A DNA stretch of 35,139 nt, from positions 1 through 35,139 of the forward strand of contig DHPR01000022.1 of assembly GCA_002410925.1 (NCBI GenBank), in the 5' to 3' direction. The stretch comes from a bacterium UBP13_UBA5359 (GTDB taxonomy: Bacteria; UBP13; UBA5359). The notes beneath the pieces were generated by a model. That model was given only the letters and a program-made list of their open reading frames with translations. It was not told the origin of the DNA and did no database searches. Shown one piece after another: positions 19,001-28,321 of this stretch. The translations under genes and the position numbers were made by a program. Position 1 is the stretch's first letter. Every line of letters begins with the position of its first letter.

Positions 19001-19029
19001 ATTATATGCCCGATCATTATCAGTGTCAA
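19001..19029 (-). promoter_or_regulatory. Consensus sigA promoter of the ABC exporter operon
   Basis: Perfect TTGACA (19029-19024)-N17-TATAAT (19006-19001). Confidence 0.85.
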
Positions 19030-19034
19030 ACACG

Positions 19035-19063
19035 TTGAGTTTTGCTATAATCCATGATAAAAT
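19035..19063 (+). promoter_or_regulatory. sigA-type promoter of tRNA-Val, divergent from the ABC promoter
   Basis: TTGAGT-N17-TAAAAT with extended TG. Confidence 0.65.
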
Positions 19064-19081
19064 AACATGGCAAATTTGCAC

Positions 19082-19157
19082 GGGCTGTTAGCTCAGTGGT
19101 TAGAGCGCCTGGTTTACACCCAGGAGGCCGCAGGTTCGAATCCCGCACAGCCCACCA
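19082..19157 (+). tRNA. tRNA-Val(TAC)
   Basis: GGGCTGT/ACAGCCC acceptor, CCTGG-TTTACAC-CCAGG anticodon arm, TTCGAAT, encoded ACCA; one A-C mismatch in the T stem. Confidence 0.94.
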
Positions 19158-19247
19158 TTTTATTGATTCAAAACATTGAGATCAATCCAACGGAATAGAA
19201 GAGAATACAAAGTTTAGCGGTAAGCATATTACAGGGTGGAGCGTTTT

Positions 19248-20441
19248 ATGTGTAATGCTCTCTTTGAACCATCCAGGAAGCTTTCGGTAATCGGCGAGTT
19301 CGACGTTGTCGTTGCAGGTGGAGGAGTAGCCGGATGCGCTGCCGCATTGGCTGCGGCACGCAACGGCGCCAGCGTTTGCCTTATTGAAAAGGAGCATGCT
19401 CTGGGAGGACTGGCCACTCTGGGCCTTATCGTTGTCTATCTACCGCTTTGTGATGGTATGGGCAACCAGGTTATTGCCGGCTTAGGCGAGGAGCTTCTTA
19501 AGCTATCTGTAAAGTATGGCCCCGGCGAGATTCCTGTGTGCTGGCGATTGCCGTCCAGTTTGGAGGAAAGAGCAAAGCAGCGCTACAGTCTTACCTTCAA
19601 TCCCGCTTCCTTTGCGATTGCGCTGGAGGAATTACTTCTGCAGAACGGTGTAGACCTTCTCTACGACAACCGCTTCTGTAATACCGTTGCAGAAGAGCAC
19701 AGGATAATCGGTTTAGTGGTGGAGAACAAGAGCGGTCGCTGTGCCGTACGATGCAAGGTAGCCGTGGATGCCACAGGCGATGCCGACATCTGCCATATGG
19801 CTGGTGAGGAGACGGTGGTCCTGAATACTAACAGAAGAAGTGGATGGTTCTATTCTTTTAACGGGCAGGGAAGGCAGGCAGAGCCTCAGATCTCTTTGCA
19901 AACCTCAGGGGATTCGCTTTATGAAGAACTACCTGCCGGTAGCCGCATCTTTTCCGGAGTGGATTGGCGGGATGTATCCGATATGAACGTAGAAACCCGC
20001 AAAATTATCATGCAGAGAATAAAGACTATGACGGAAGCCGAAGGCAAAGAGGGTGCTTATCCACTGGTAATTCCTTCCATACCTCAGTTTCGCATGACGC
20101 GAAGACTTAAGGGCGACATCGAACTGGATGAGAGCGATGACAAAAGGATTTTTGAGGATTCCGTAGGTTTGACCGGAGATTGGCGCAAGGCCGGCCCTAT
20201 CTACAGCATACCGTACAGAGCTCTTGCAGGCAGAGTTGTCGGGAACCTCCTGACAGCGGGAAGGTGTATCTCGGCAACTACATCCGCCTGGGACATTACC
20301 AGAGTCATCCCAACCTGCGCTGTAACCGGAGAAGCTGCCGGGACTGCCGCCGCTATGGCGGCGGCGGCCGGAGTGGCTGCCTGGGATTTGGATATAAAAG
20401 CGCTGCAGAAGCAGCTTGCTTCGCAGGGCGTTATTTTGTAG
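19248..20441 (+). CDS. FAD-dependent oxidoreductase (FAD_oxidored-type)
   Basis: DVVVAGGGVAGCAAALAAARNGA, LGGLAT, VDATGDAD, YSIPYRAL, NLLTAGRCISA, TGEAAGTAAA. Confidence 0.9.
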   Translation: MCNALFEPSRKLSVIGEFDVVVAGGGVAGCAAALAAARNGASVCLIEKEHALGGLATLGLIVVYLPLCDGMGNQVIAGLGEELLKLSVKYGPGEIPVCWRLPSSLEERAKQRYSLTFNPASFAIALEELLLQNGVDLLYDNRFCNTVAEEHRIIGLVVENKSGRCAVRCKVAVDATGDADICHMAGEETVVLNTNRRSGWFYSFNGQGRQAEPQISLQTSGDSLYEELPAGSRIFSGVDWRDVSDMNVETRKIIMQRIKTMTEAEGKEGAYPLVIPSIPQFRMTRRLKGDIELDESDDKRIFEDSVGLTGDWRKAGPIYSIPYRALAGRVVGNLLTAGRCISATTSAWDITRVIPTCAVTGEAAGTAAAMAAAAGVAAWDLDIKALQKQLASQGVIL

Positions 20442-20626
20442 AAGGAGCGGATTGGCTCTGTCGGCATACCGTTGATTTCAGTGTCGGGAGCGATGCCGGA
20501 AGCGTCAGCTAAACAAGGAAGAGTACGGATCAATTTTTCACGGCCAAGAGGATAGTGATCTTCGATGCTCAGCATAATTGCTTCGGTGGCCTGACCCTTC
20601 TTTCGAAATATAAAAATCGATTACAG

Positions 20627-20654
20627 GCAGGAAAAGAGAGCACTTCCATAGAAT
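20627..20654 (+). promoter_or_regulatory. Putative sigH-type promoter
   Basis: GCAGGAAAA-N12-ATAGAAT. Confidence 0.55.
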
Positions 20655-20720
20655 AGCTTCCTAGTGTTTGCCTAATTATTTTACTGAACAAAAAAACTTT
20701 TAAAAAAGAAGGAGATTGCT

Positions 20721-21707
20721 ATGGTTAGAGTAGGGTTGGTCGGAGCAGGATTCATGGGTAAGATGCATGCCAATGTTTACAGTGTGTTGGATGACGCCAC
20801 TTTGGTAGCTGTGGCGGATACTGCACCGGGTGTGGCTGCTGAGGTTGCCGGGCAATGGGACGCCAGGGCCTATGAAAGTTTTGAAGATATGATGGCGGCA
20901 GAGAAACTTGATTTAGTGGATATTTGTTTGCCCACCTATTTGCATGCCGAATATACAGTCAAGGCCGCTAATGCCGGCGTGGATGTAATGTGTGAGAAGC
21001 CGATGGCCATGACAGTGGAGGAGGCAGATCGCATGATAGCCGCCGCTCGCGATAACAACGTCAGATTGATGATAGGGCATTGTATCCGTTTTTGGCCGGA
21101 ATACGAAATACTTAAAGAATATACGGACAGCGGGCGCCTGGGTAGATTAAAATCCATCAATTTGACCAGAGTCAGCCCTCTGCCGGTATGGTGTTGGGAC
21201 GGCTGGTTACTGGATGAGAGCCGTTCCGGCTCAGCGGTGCTGGATCTGCATATCCATGATACAGATTATATTCTTTATCTGTTAGGACAGCCGGATGAGA
21301 TCTTCAGCCGGGGCACGCAGGACAAGAACGGCCTGAGTCATATCTATACTACCATGACCTTCGGCAACACAGTCGCCTCCATAGAGGGCGGCTGGGACTT
21401 CAACGACACCTTTCCCTTCAAGATGGCCTTCCGAGCTGTTTTTGAAAAGGGTGCTCTGGCTATGGATGGCGGGCCGTTGACCATCTATGAAGATGGCAAG
21501 GATCCGGTTCAACCTGAGATAGACCGGATGGAAGCCGCCGGCGCCGGCGGCAATATCTCCGACTTGGGCGGATACTATCGTGAGATAAAGTATCTGATCG
21601 ATTGCATAGTTAATAATAAACCCTTGGTTACGGTTACACCGCAATCTTCCAGGCAGTCACTGGCTGTCGTAATGGAGGAGATCAGGCAGGCCAAGGCAGG
21701 GGCGTAG
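20721..21707 (+). CDS. Gfo/Idh/MocA family oxidoreductase
   Basis: VGLVGAGFMG, ICLPTYLH, CEKP, HCIRFWPEY, LDLHIHDTD; AAGGAG RBS. Confidence 0.93.
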   Translation: MVRVGLVGAGFMGKMHANVYSVLDDATLVAVADTAPGVAAEVAGQWDARAYESFEDMMAAEKLDLVDICLPTYLHAEYTVKAANAGVDVMCEKPMAMTVEEADRMIAAARDNNVRLMIGHCIRFWPEYEILKEYTDSGRLGRLKSINLTRVSPLPVWCWDGWLLDESRSGSAVLDLHIHDTDYILYLLGQPDEIFSRGTQDKNGLSHIYTTMTFGNTVASIEGGWDFNDTFPFKMAFRAVFEKGALAMDGGPLTIYEDGKDPVQPEIDRMEAAGAGGNISDLGGYYREIKYLIDCIVNNKPLVTVTPQSSRQSLAVVMEEIRQAKAGA

Positions 21708-21755
21708 ATAGCAGATAAAGAACTTAAATCCTGAATAAAAGGGGGAACCTCAAAA

Positions 21756-22610
21756 ATGTTATTAAAATCCATTAGCTACTGGGCATTTCCCGGAGGCCTG
21801 GAGGGCACTCTGGATATTAAAGAATTTATGACCAAAGCCAAGAAATATGGCTATGACGCTGTGGAATTATGTATCGGTGAGACAGGAATGCTAGGTCTGG
21901 ATGCCGATCAGACCTATTGCGAAAGCATTTTGAAGCAGGCGGACGAGATTGGAATCAAGGTAGCCAGTGTGGCTTCCGGGACATACTGGGGCTTTAATCT
22001 AGCCGGCGAATCTGCTGCCGATAGAGATAAAGCCGTAGAAGCGTTGAAAAAGATGATCAAGATAACCTCATGGCTCAAGGTCAGAACTCTTCTGACCATT
22101 ACCGGCGCGGTAAGCGTCTTTTTTCTGCCTGATAATCCGGTGCTCTCTTATGATGTGGTCAGGGCAAGATCCATAGAAGGGCTGAAGAGAGTGCTGCCGG
22201 CGGCTGAGGAATACGATGTCGTTCTGGGTTTGGAGAATGTCTGGAATAAGTTTCTGCTCAGCCCGGTAGAGATGGCGCAGTTTATCGACAGCTTCAACAG
22301 TCCCAATATCGGAGCCTATGTGGATGCAGGCAACATCCTTCCTTACGGCTATCCGGAGCAGTGGCTGCGTATTCTGGGCAAGAGAGTGGCCGGTATCCAC
22401 TTTAAGGATTTTCGGGCGGCGGTAGGCAACGCCGAGGGCTTTGTCGATCTTCTGGAGGGCGATGTCAACTGGCCGGAAGTGATGAAAGCTATCAAAGAGA
22501 TAGGCTATGAGGGCCCGGTGGTAGGCGAGATGATTCCGCTTTACAAGCATTATCCCGAGGTCAGGATAGCCAACACCTCTAATGCCATGGATGCCATACT
22601 GGGACGGTAA
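21756..22610 (+). CDS. Sugar phosphate isomerase/epimerase (xylose isomerase-like TIM barrel)
   Basis: GYDAVEL, LENVWNKFLLSP, YVDAGN, IHFKDF, LLEGDVNWPEVM, GYEG..VGE metal-binding pattern. Confidence 0.88.
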   Translation: MLLKSISYWAFPGGLEGTLDIKEFMTKAKKYGYDAVELCIGETGMLGLDADQTYCESILKQADEIGIKVASVASGTYWGFNLAGESAADRDKAVEALKKMIKITSWLKVRTLLTITGAVSVFFLPDNPVLSYDVVRARSIEGLKRVLPAAEEYDVVLGLENVWNKFLLSPVEMAQFIDSFNSPNIGAYVDAGNILPYGYPEQWLRILGKRVAGIHFKDFRAAVGNAEGFVDLLEGDVNWPEVMKAIKEIGYEGPVVGEMIPLYKHYPEVRIANTSNAMDAILGR

Positions 22611-22637
22611 AAGAAATTTGCCATAAAAGGAGAAGCT

Positions 22638-22673
22638 AAAGACCGGCGGGAAGATCGAGTACCGCCGGTCTTT
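22638..22673 (+). terminator. Probable intrinsic terminator
   Basis: AAAGACCGGCGG-N12-CCGCCGGTCTTT; short T tail. Confidence 0.65.
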
Positions 22674-22747
22674 GCATACAGGGGCAGAGCCTCTTTTATC
22701 TATTTATCTATTCAGGTAAATAATTCTATATTATATCCGGGTAGCGA

Positions 22748-22774
22748 GCAGGGATTTGCTGTTTTGCATGGAAT
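22748..22774 (+). promoter_or_regulatory. Putative sigH-type promoter
   Basis: GCAGGGATT-N11-ATGGAAT. Confidence 0.45.
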
Positions 22775-22821
22775 AAGACAAAGTGTACTAAAAATCAATA
22801 CGAAATTGGAGGGAAATTCAG

Positions 22822-23754
22822 ATGCGCATAGGTTTTCTCAGCGGATATGACAGAGGCAGAATAGAGTTTGCCGTCAAGAACGGGTTTGGGTGCATAGAGC
22901 TATTGACGGGAGATTATAAAAATCCGCCCGAGTATTTCCCAGGCCGTGACGGTTGGCAGGATAAGGCCTTAGCCATGAAAGCAGAGTATGATGCAGCCGG
23001 GCTGCGTATCTCCTGTATAGGAGCATTCTATATCAATCACATGGACCCGGCCATTGCCGATGAAGCCCGGCAGCTGGTCAGAAATACCGTTCTGCTGGCC
23101 GAACACCTGGGGATACCGGTAGTCGCCGGATTCGCCGGCCGGATAGTAGGAAGACCTCTGGAGGAGAGCCTGCCTATGTTCAAGGAGATATGGACGGAGC
23201 ATGCCGCCTTTGCCGATGACCACGGTATTAAGATAGCCTTTGAGTGCTGCCCTATGGGCGAGTATCATACCCCCAGCGGCGGTATCAACTGCATTACCGG
23301 TCCCAATATGTATGAGAAGTGCTTTGATGCCGTAGAAAGCACCGCTCTCGGTCTTGAATGGGATCCCAGCCATCTTATACCGGTCTTTGCCGATCCGATA
23401 ATCAATATCAGAAAGTTCGGGGATAGAATTTACCATGTACATGCCAAGGGAGCCAAAGTATACTGGGATATCATCAGGCAGTACGGCATCTGGTATCCCA
23501 ACGCCATAGAGCATTGTCACCCGGGTTTCGGGGATGAAGACTGGGGAGAGATCATCAAGGAACTGCGGCGGGTCGGCTATAATTATGATCTTAACATAGA
23601 GGGCTGGCACGACCAGGTGTTCAGAAATAACCGGGGAGCCAAATTCGATGATATAACCTATCAGGATAGAGGAGTTTCAGCTCCCGATCTTGAAGATGCC
23701 GGCCTGATTATCTCTCTGAATTATCTCAAGCAATGGTGTCCGGAAGGCTTTTGA
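22822..23754 (+). CDS. Sugar phosphate isomerase/epimerase family (IolE/AP endonuclease 2 TIM barrel)
   Basis: GFGCIEL, IAFECCPM, GLEWDPSH, YHVHAKG, PGFGDEDW, LNIEGWHD. Confidence 0.88.
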   Translation: MRIGFLSGYDRGRIEFAVKNGFGCIELLTGDYKNPPEYFPGRDGWQDKALAMKAEYDAAGLRISCIGAFYINHMDPAIADEARQLVRNTVLLAEHLGIPVVAGFAGRIVGRPLEESLPMFKEIWTEHAAFADDHGIKIAFECCPMGEYHTPSGGINCITGPNMYEKCFDAVESTALGLEWDPSHLIPVFADPIINIRKFGDRIYHVHAKGAKVYWDIIRQYGIWYPNAIEHCHPGFGDEDWGEIIKELRRVGYNYDLNIEGWHDQVFRNNRGAKFDDITYQDRGVSAPDLEDAGLIISLNYLKQWCPEGF

Positions 23755-23777
23755 TAAGCTTTTTAGTCTTAAAATTT

Positions 23778-24326
23778 TCAGACCAGTAAATGTGCCTGAG
23801 CCAGCACAGCGGCGGCAGTGCCGATGATGCTGCCTACCAGTACATCCGAAGGGTAATGTACGCCCAGATATATGCGGGAGAGCCCTACAGACCCGGCCCA
23901 AATGATGGAAGGCATTACCAGCAAAGGATGTGTCAGAGCACAGGTCATAGCGATAGCGAACGATGCCGTAGTATGCCCCGATGGAAAAGAGTAGGCGCAT
24001 ATAGGAACATCGAAAACACGTATTTCCGACAGTTTGAGTGCCGGCCTGGGTCTGTTTACCAGACGCTTGATTATTTGAACCATGGCAAAGCTGCTGCCGA
24101 GAGAGGCTGACGATCGGATGCCGATATCAATTATTACCTGCTGCTTGGTAGCCAGGCCGGCGGCCAGAGTGCCAACGGATAAGACTATTGTTATAAAGGC
24201 ACCCCCGCTATGTGTCATTCGTGCAAAAAAGCTATCCAGCAGCCGGCAACGCATTCTGTTGTTGAACAGCAGGAAGAGCCTTTTCTCATAGGCGGCCAGG
24301 CTTTTAGTTACGGCGCTCATTATCAT
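23778..24326 (-). CDS. PAP2 family membrane phosphatase
   Basis: KRLVNRPRP, SFPSGH, SRIYLGVHYPSDV (C1-C3 motifs). Confidence 0.93.
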   Translation of the reverse strand: MIMSAVTKSLAAYEKRLFLLFNNRMRCRLLDSFFARMTHSGGAFITIVLSVGTLAAGLATKQQVIIDIGIRSSASLGSSFAMVQIIKRLVNRPRPALKLSEIRVFDVPICAYSFPSGHTTASFAIAMTCALTHPLLVMPSIIWAGSVGLSRIYLGVHYPSDVLVGSIIGTAAAVLAQAHLLV

Positions 24327-24446
24327 AATATTACCATTTTACCATGACATTGTTATCATGGAAAATATTTTTCAATTTGTTGCGAACAGCTATCTCCGGG
24401 CGGGAATAATATAGAAAATGTAACGGTGAAAAGATAGGAGGATCAA

Positions 24447-25370
24447 ATGAGCAAGATAAGCATTGAAGAGATCGAGTTTAAAGGCTGGAAAAAGTCTGTT
24501 CGCATAAGCAATGGCATTATCGAGCTGATCGCTCTTACAGAAGTCGGTCCCCGTATTATCAGCTTTGGATTTATTGACGGCCCAAATGAATTTGCTGTAT
24601 TTGATGAGCAGGCCGGTATGGTCGGGGGGGACGAATGGCGAATTTATGGAGGTCATCGCCTCTGGCATAGCCCGGAGGAAGCGGTTAGGACCTACAGCCC
24701 TGATAATACTCCTATAGAAATGATAGAGGAGGACGGCAAGGTTATGCTGCGTCAGTCGACAGATATGCCGACCGGTATAACAAAGGAAATCGAACTGGAA
24801 ATGTCTTCTGATGAGCCCAAATTGAGTGTGGTGCATCGCCTTACCAATAATAATCTCTGGGCGGTGGAATTGGCACCCTGGGCGCTATCCGTTATGGCTC
24901 CAGGGGGAACAGCGGTGGTGCCTCAGCCCGAGCATGCCAAGGAAGATAAGCTTACTCCCAATCGTTCTATCTCCATCTGGCCTTATGCTGACATGAGTGA
25001 CGACCGGGTCAAATGGGGGCATGATTATATTATGCTGAAGCAGGAGCCTATGGCCGGGAGGCCTTTTAAGTTTGGTATCAATGCTGACAGCAAATGGTGC
25101 GCTTATGCCAACAACGGGCATCTATTCGTTAAGCTCTTCGATTATATCAGGGATGCATTATATCCTGATTATGAGGCTGCAGTGGAATGCTATACCAATG
25201 ACAGAATGCTGGAGCTGGAGACTCTAGGGCCTTTGGTTTATCTGGAGCCAGGCGCTGTCGTAGAGCATCCTGAAGGCTGGGTTCTGCTTAAAGGAATAAA
25301 GCATCCGCAGAGCGAAGAAGATATTCATAAGAGCATTCAGCCCGGGATAAATAAGATTCTGAGAGGATAG
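24447..25370 (+). CDS. Conserved protein, probable galactose-mutarotase-like fold (DUF4380-like)
   Basis: VGPRIISF, YGGHRLWHSPE, YSPDN, MLELETLGPL..LEPG; AGGAGG RBS. Confidence 0.6.
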   Translation: MSKISIEEIEFKGWKKSVRISNGIIELIALTEVGPRIISFGFIDGPNEFAVFDEQAGMVGGDEWRIYGGHRLWHSPEEAVRTYSPDNTPIEMIEEDGKVMLRQSTDMPTGITKEIELEMSSDEPKLSVVHRLTNNNLWAVELAPWALSVMAPGGTAVVPQPEHAKEDKLTPNRSISIWPYADMSDDRVKWGHDYIMLKQEPMAGRPFKFGINADSKWCAYANNGHLFVKLFDYIRDALYPDYEAAVECYTNDRMLELETLGPLVYLEPGAVVEHPEGWVLLKGIKHPQSEEDIHKSIQPGINKILRG

Positions 25371-25377
25371 CGGTAAA

Positions 25378-26172
25378 TTGGTAATAGATTTCCATGTTCA
25401 TTGCTTTCCGGATAATCTGGCAGCTAAAGCAGTGCCGTCGCTGGCTGCCGCTGCCGGAGAGAGGGCGCATACCGATGGTACTCTTTCAGATCTGAAGCGC
25501 TCCATGGATGAAGCGGGAGTAGATATTTCCGTACTGCAGCCGGTGGCTACCAGGCCCGGCCAGGTTGAGAGCATAAATAACTGGCTGGAGGATGTGGTCG
25601 ATAGCCGTATAACGGCTTTTGGGGCCATGCATCCGGACCTGGAATCGCGGCATATGATGGATGCTCTGGAAAAAATAGTAGATATAGGGTTGAAAGGAAT
25701 TAAGCTGCATCCGGATTATCAGGATTTTTTCGTTGACGAAGAACGCCTTTATCCGATATATGAAGAGATCTTCTCGCGAGGCCTCTATATCCTCTTTCAT
25801 GCCGGTGTCGATATCGGTTTGCAGCCGCCCTATCGTTGTACTCCAGACAGGCTGGCTATACTGCTGGAGCATTTTCCGGAGGCCGGAATAATAGCCGCTC
25901 ATATGGGCGGATTTGCTTACTGGGATACGGTAGAGTACATGCTTCTCGGCAGGGATATATTTTTTGATACCTCCTATGCTGTGGATTACCTTGGTATGGA
26001 GAGGATGTCCTGTCTTATCAGGGGGCATGGAGCGGAGAAGATTCTCTTTGCTACGGATTCTCCCTGGGGAGAGCAAGCCGGAGAGTTGGAAGGCATTGGT
26101 GATCTGGAGCTCAATCCGGATGAAGAGAAACGGATACTTGGCGATAACGCCGCCAGAATACTGGAGATTTGA
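25378..26172 (+). CDS. Amidohydrolase family protein (amidohydrolase_2)
   Basis: IDFHVH, KGIKLHP, FHAG, AAHMGG, FDTS, ILFATDSPW, ILGDNAARIL. Confidence 0.9.
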   Translation: MVIDFHVHCFPDNLAAKAVPSLAAAAGERAHTDGTLSDLKRSMDEAGVDISVLQPVATRPGQVESINNWLEDVVDSRITAFGAMHPDLESRHMMDALEKIVDIGLKGIKLHPDYQDFFVDEERLYPIYEEIFSRGLYILFHAGVDIGLQPPYRCTPDRLAILLEHFPEAGIIAAHMGGFAYWDTVEYMLLGRDIFFDTSYAVDYLGMERMSCLIRGHGAEKILFATDSPWGEQAGELEGIGDLELNPDEEKRILGDNAARILEI

Positions 26173-26175
26173 TAG

Positions 26176-27027
26176 GTGGCTGAAATGGCAAGCTCCATCG
26201 ATAAGAAAGAGGCACCTGTAGTAGAGCAAATATTCTCTTCGGAGATGGTTTTTCCCGTCAAAGTAAGCTGGAGATCGGGTATTTGCGGCAGAGGTATTCT
26301 GGCTTATCATGGAGAGATGGAGATACATTTCATCAAGAGAGGCGAGGGAGCCTACTTTATTACGGATAATTGCTATTCATGTCGAAAGAATTATCTTGTT
26401 GTAATACGCCCGAACGTTGTCCACAGAGCTATGCCGCAAGCTGATTCCTATATGGAGCAATGGGTTCTCTTCTTCCCTTTATCTGTGTTTTCTGAGAGTT
26501 GCCGTATACCGGAGCAATCTTGCTGCCTGGAATTGGACGAGAGAGCTGCTACGGAAGCAGAGGTCATTTTTCGTATCATAGAGGAGGAAGGCCGTTGCCG
26601 GAATGCACTATGGAAAGAGATAATAATCAATCAATTAGAGCGGATTCTTCTGCTGGCCATACGGGCAGGGAAGGAGTCGGATATCCAGCGACCGGAAAAT
26701 CCTCTGGTAAAGAAGCTGATAGGATATATTGAAGAGCACTTCAGAGAAGAGTTGAATCTTACCGTATTCAAGAAAGAGTTTTCCTACTCTTCCAGCCATC
26801 TTTCCAGAGTCTTTAAACAGTGCACCGGCCTGAATCTTCACCAGTATATTACACAACGACGCATTGCTGAAGCCAAGAGGCTGCTGGAGGAAGAGGAAGA
26901 GAAGGTGGATGCCATATCCCGTCAAGTAGGCTTCAGCGATTTCTCTCTGTTTAACCGTAATTTCAAGCGTATAACAGGCTTCACCCCCTCTGCTTATCGC
27001 AAAATATTATACCAGGAGGTCAAATAA
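26176..27027 (+). CDS. AraC family transcriptional regulator (cupin + double HTH)
   Basis: YHGEMEIHFIKRGEG cupin; HLSRVFKQCTG...YITQRRIAEAKRLL...VGFSDFSLFNRNFKRITGFTPSAYR. Confidence 0.95.
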   Translation: MAEMASSIDKKEAPVVEQIFSSEMVFPVKVSWRSGICGRGILAYHGEMEIHFIKRGEGAYFITDNCYSCRKNYLVVIRPNVVHRAMPQADSYMEQWVLFFPLSVFSESCRIPEQSCCLELDERAATEAEVIFRIIEEEGRCRNALWKEIIINQLERILLLAIRAGKESDIQRPENPLVKKLIGYIEEHFREELNLTVFKKEFSYSSSHLSRVFKQCTGLNLHQYITQRRIAEAKRLLEEEEEKVDAISRQVGFSDFSLFNRNFKRITGFTPSAYRKILYQEVK

Positions 27028-27061
27028 TGTTATTGTTTTTGTTACCTGCATGCTATATAGT
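27000..27061 (+). promoter_or_regulatory. Putative AraC operator plus promoter (site A)
   Basis: CAAAATATTATACCAGGAGGTCAAATAATGTTA then TTGTTT-N17-TATAGT; aligns without gaps to sites at 30911 and 34265. Confidence 0.55.
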
Positions 27062-27177
27062 AAGTAACTGTGCTTTATATAAAAGAATCTCTTAACTGCC
27101 CGGAGTTGCCTTTGAGCATAATACTAGCGGCAATGTCCGGAGAATAGCAATTATTAAATTAAGGATGAAAAGTATCG

Positions 27178-28284
27178 ATGTGTAAAGTGCGCTTAGGTAT
27201 TATTGGAGTAGGTGTCATGGGGTCCGGTCATGCAAAGTACGTAATGGACGGCAGTATCTCCCGCTGCGAGTTGACGGCGGTGGCGGATGCCAATCCTGCC
27301 AACCTGGCCAAATTCCGCAGCTTGAAATGCTTTGCAGACAGTCATGAGATGATTCTTTCCGGAGAGGTGGATGCTGTTCTTATAGCCACCCCTCACTTTT
27401 TTCATACTGCTGCAGGAATAGATGCTTTGCAGAATGGATTGCATGTACTGGTGGAAAAACCCATCTCCGTACATAAGGCTGATGCCGAAAGGCTGATAGC
27501 AGCTCACACCAATAAAGACCAGGTCTTTGCGGCTATGTTCTGCGTGCGGACGGTACCGCAATATAAAAAGATCAAGCAGATGATAGACAAAGGAGAATTG
27601 GGTAAAATCGAGAGGATCACCTGGATAGGTACGGACTGGTTCAGAACGGCAGCTTATTATCGCAGCAGCGCCTGGAGAGCCACCTGGAAGGGTGAGGGGG
27701 GCGGCGTGTTGCTCAATCAATGTCCGCACCAGCTTGATTTATTGCAGTGGATGTGCGGCATGCCAAGCAGGATTCATGCCTTTTGCGATTTGGGCTTTTA
27801 TCACGATATTGAAGTGGAAGATCGCGTTACCGCTTTTATGCGTTATCCCAATGGCGCTACGGGGGTGTTCATAACCAGTACCGGAGAAGCGCCCGGCACC
27901 AACCGCCTGGAGATAGCCGGAGAGATGGGAAAGCTGGTATTGGAAAACGGTAAGCTGACCTTTACTCGCAACGAAGTTTCGGCCAGAGTGTTCTGCGATA
28001 CCAGCGATGCTCTGATGGGTATGCCTGAAGTGTGGAATGCGCAGATACCGATCACCGGTGCGGGCGGTTTACATGCAGAGATAACGCAAAACTTTGTGGA
28101 TGCCATCCTGGACGGCAAACCGCTGATAGCTCCGGCGGAGGAAGGCATAAAATCTATTGAGCTTGCCAATGCCATGCTCTACTCATCGCTAAAGAATACG
28201 GCTGTGGAACTGCCGTTGGACGGGGCTGCTTTTGAAATTGAGCTACAGAGATTGATAGATGCTTCGAGCTCCAACAAACGATAA
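27178..28284 (+). CDS. Gfo/Idh/MocA family oxidoreductase
   Basis: LGIIGVGVMG, IATPHFFH, HVLVEKP, WRATWKGEGGGVLLNQCPHQLD. Confidence 0.93.
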   Translation: MCKVRLGIIGVGVMGSGHAKYVMDGSISRCELTAVADANPANLAKFRSLKCFADSHEMILSGEVDAVLIATPHFFHTAAGIDALQNGLHVLVEKPISVHKADAERLIAAHTNKDQVFAAMFCVRTVPQYKKIKQMIDKGELGKIERITWIGTDWFRTAAYYRSSAWRATWKGEGGGVLLNQCPHQLDLLQWMCGMPSRIHAFCDLGFYHDIEVEDRVTAFMRYPNGATGVFITSTGEAPGTNRLEIAGEMGKLVLENGKLTFTRNEVSARVFCDTSDALMGMPEVWNAQIPITGAGGLHAEITQNFVDAILDGKPLIAPAEEGIKSIELANAMLYSSLKNTAVELPLDGAAFEIELQRLIDASSSNKR

Positions 28285-28321
28285 ATAGCGGCCTGACATA
28301 AAAAGCCGAGGAGGGAACAGA

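Noticed and set aside
20442-20610. Minus-strand open frame in the intergenic gap (..MLSIEDHYPLGREKLIRT..)
   Set aside because: No RBS, runs antisense into the FAD oxidoreductase, and no recognisable family; might be a remnant but is not supportable without blastx
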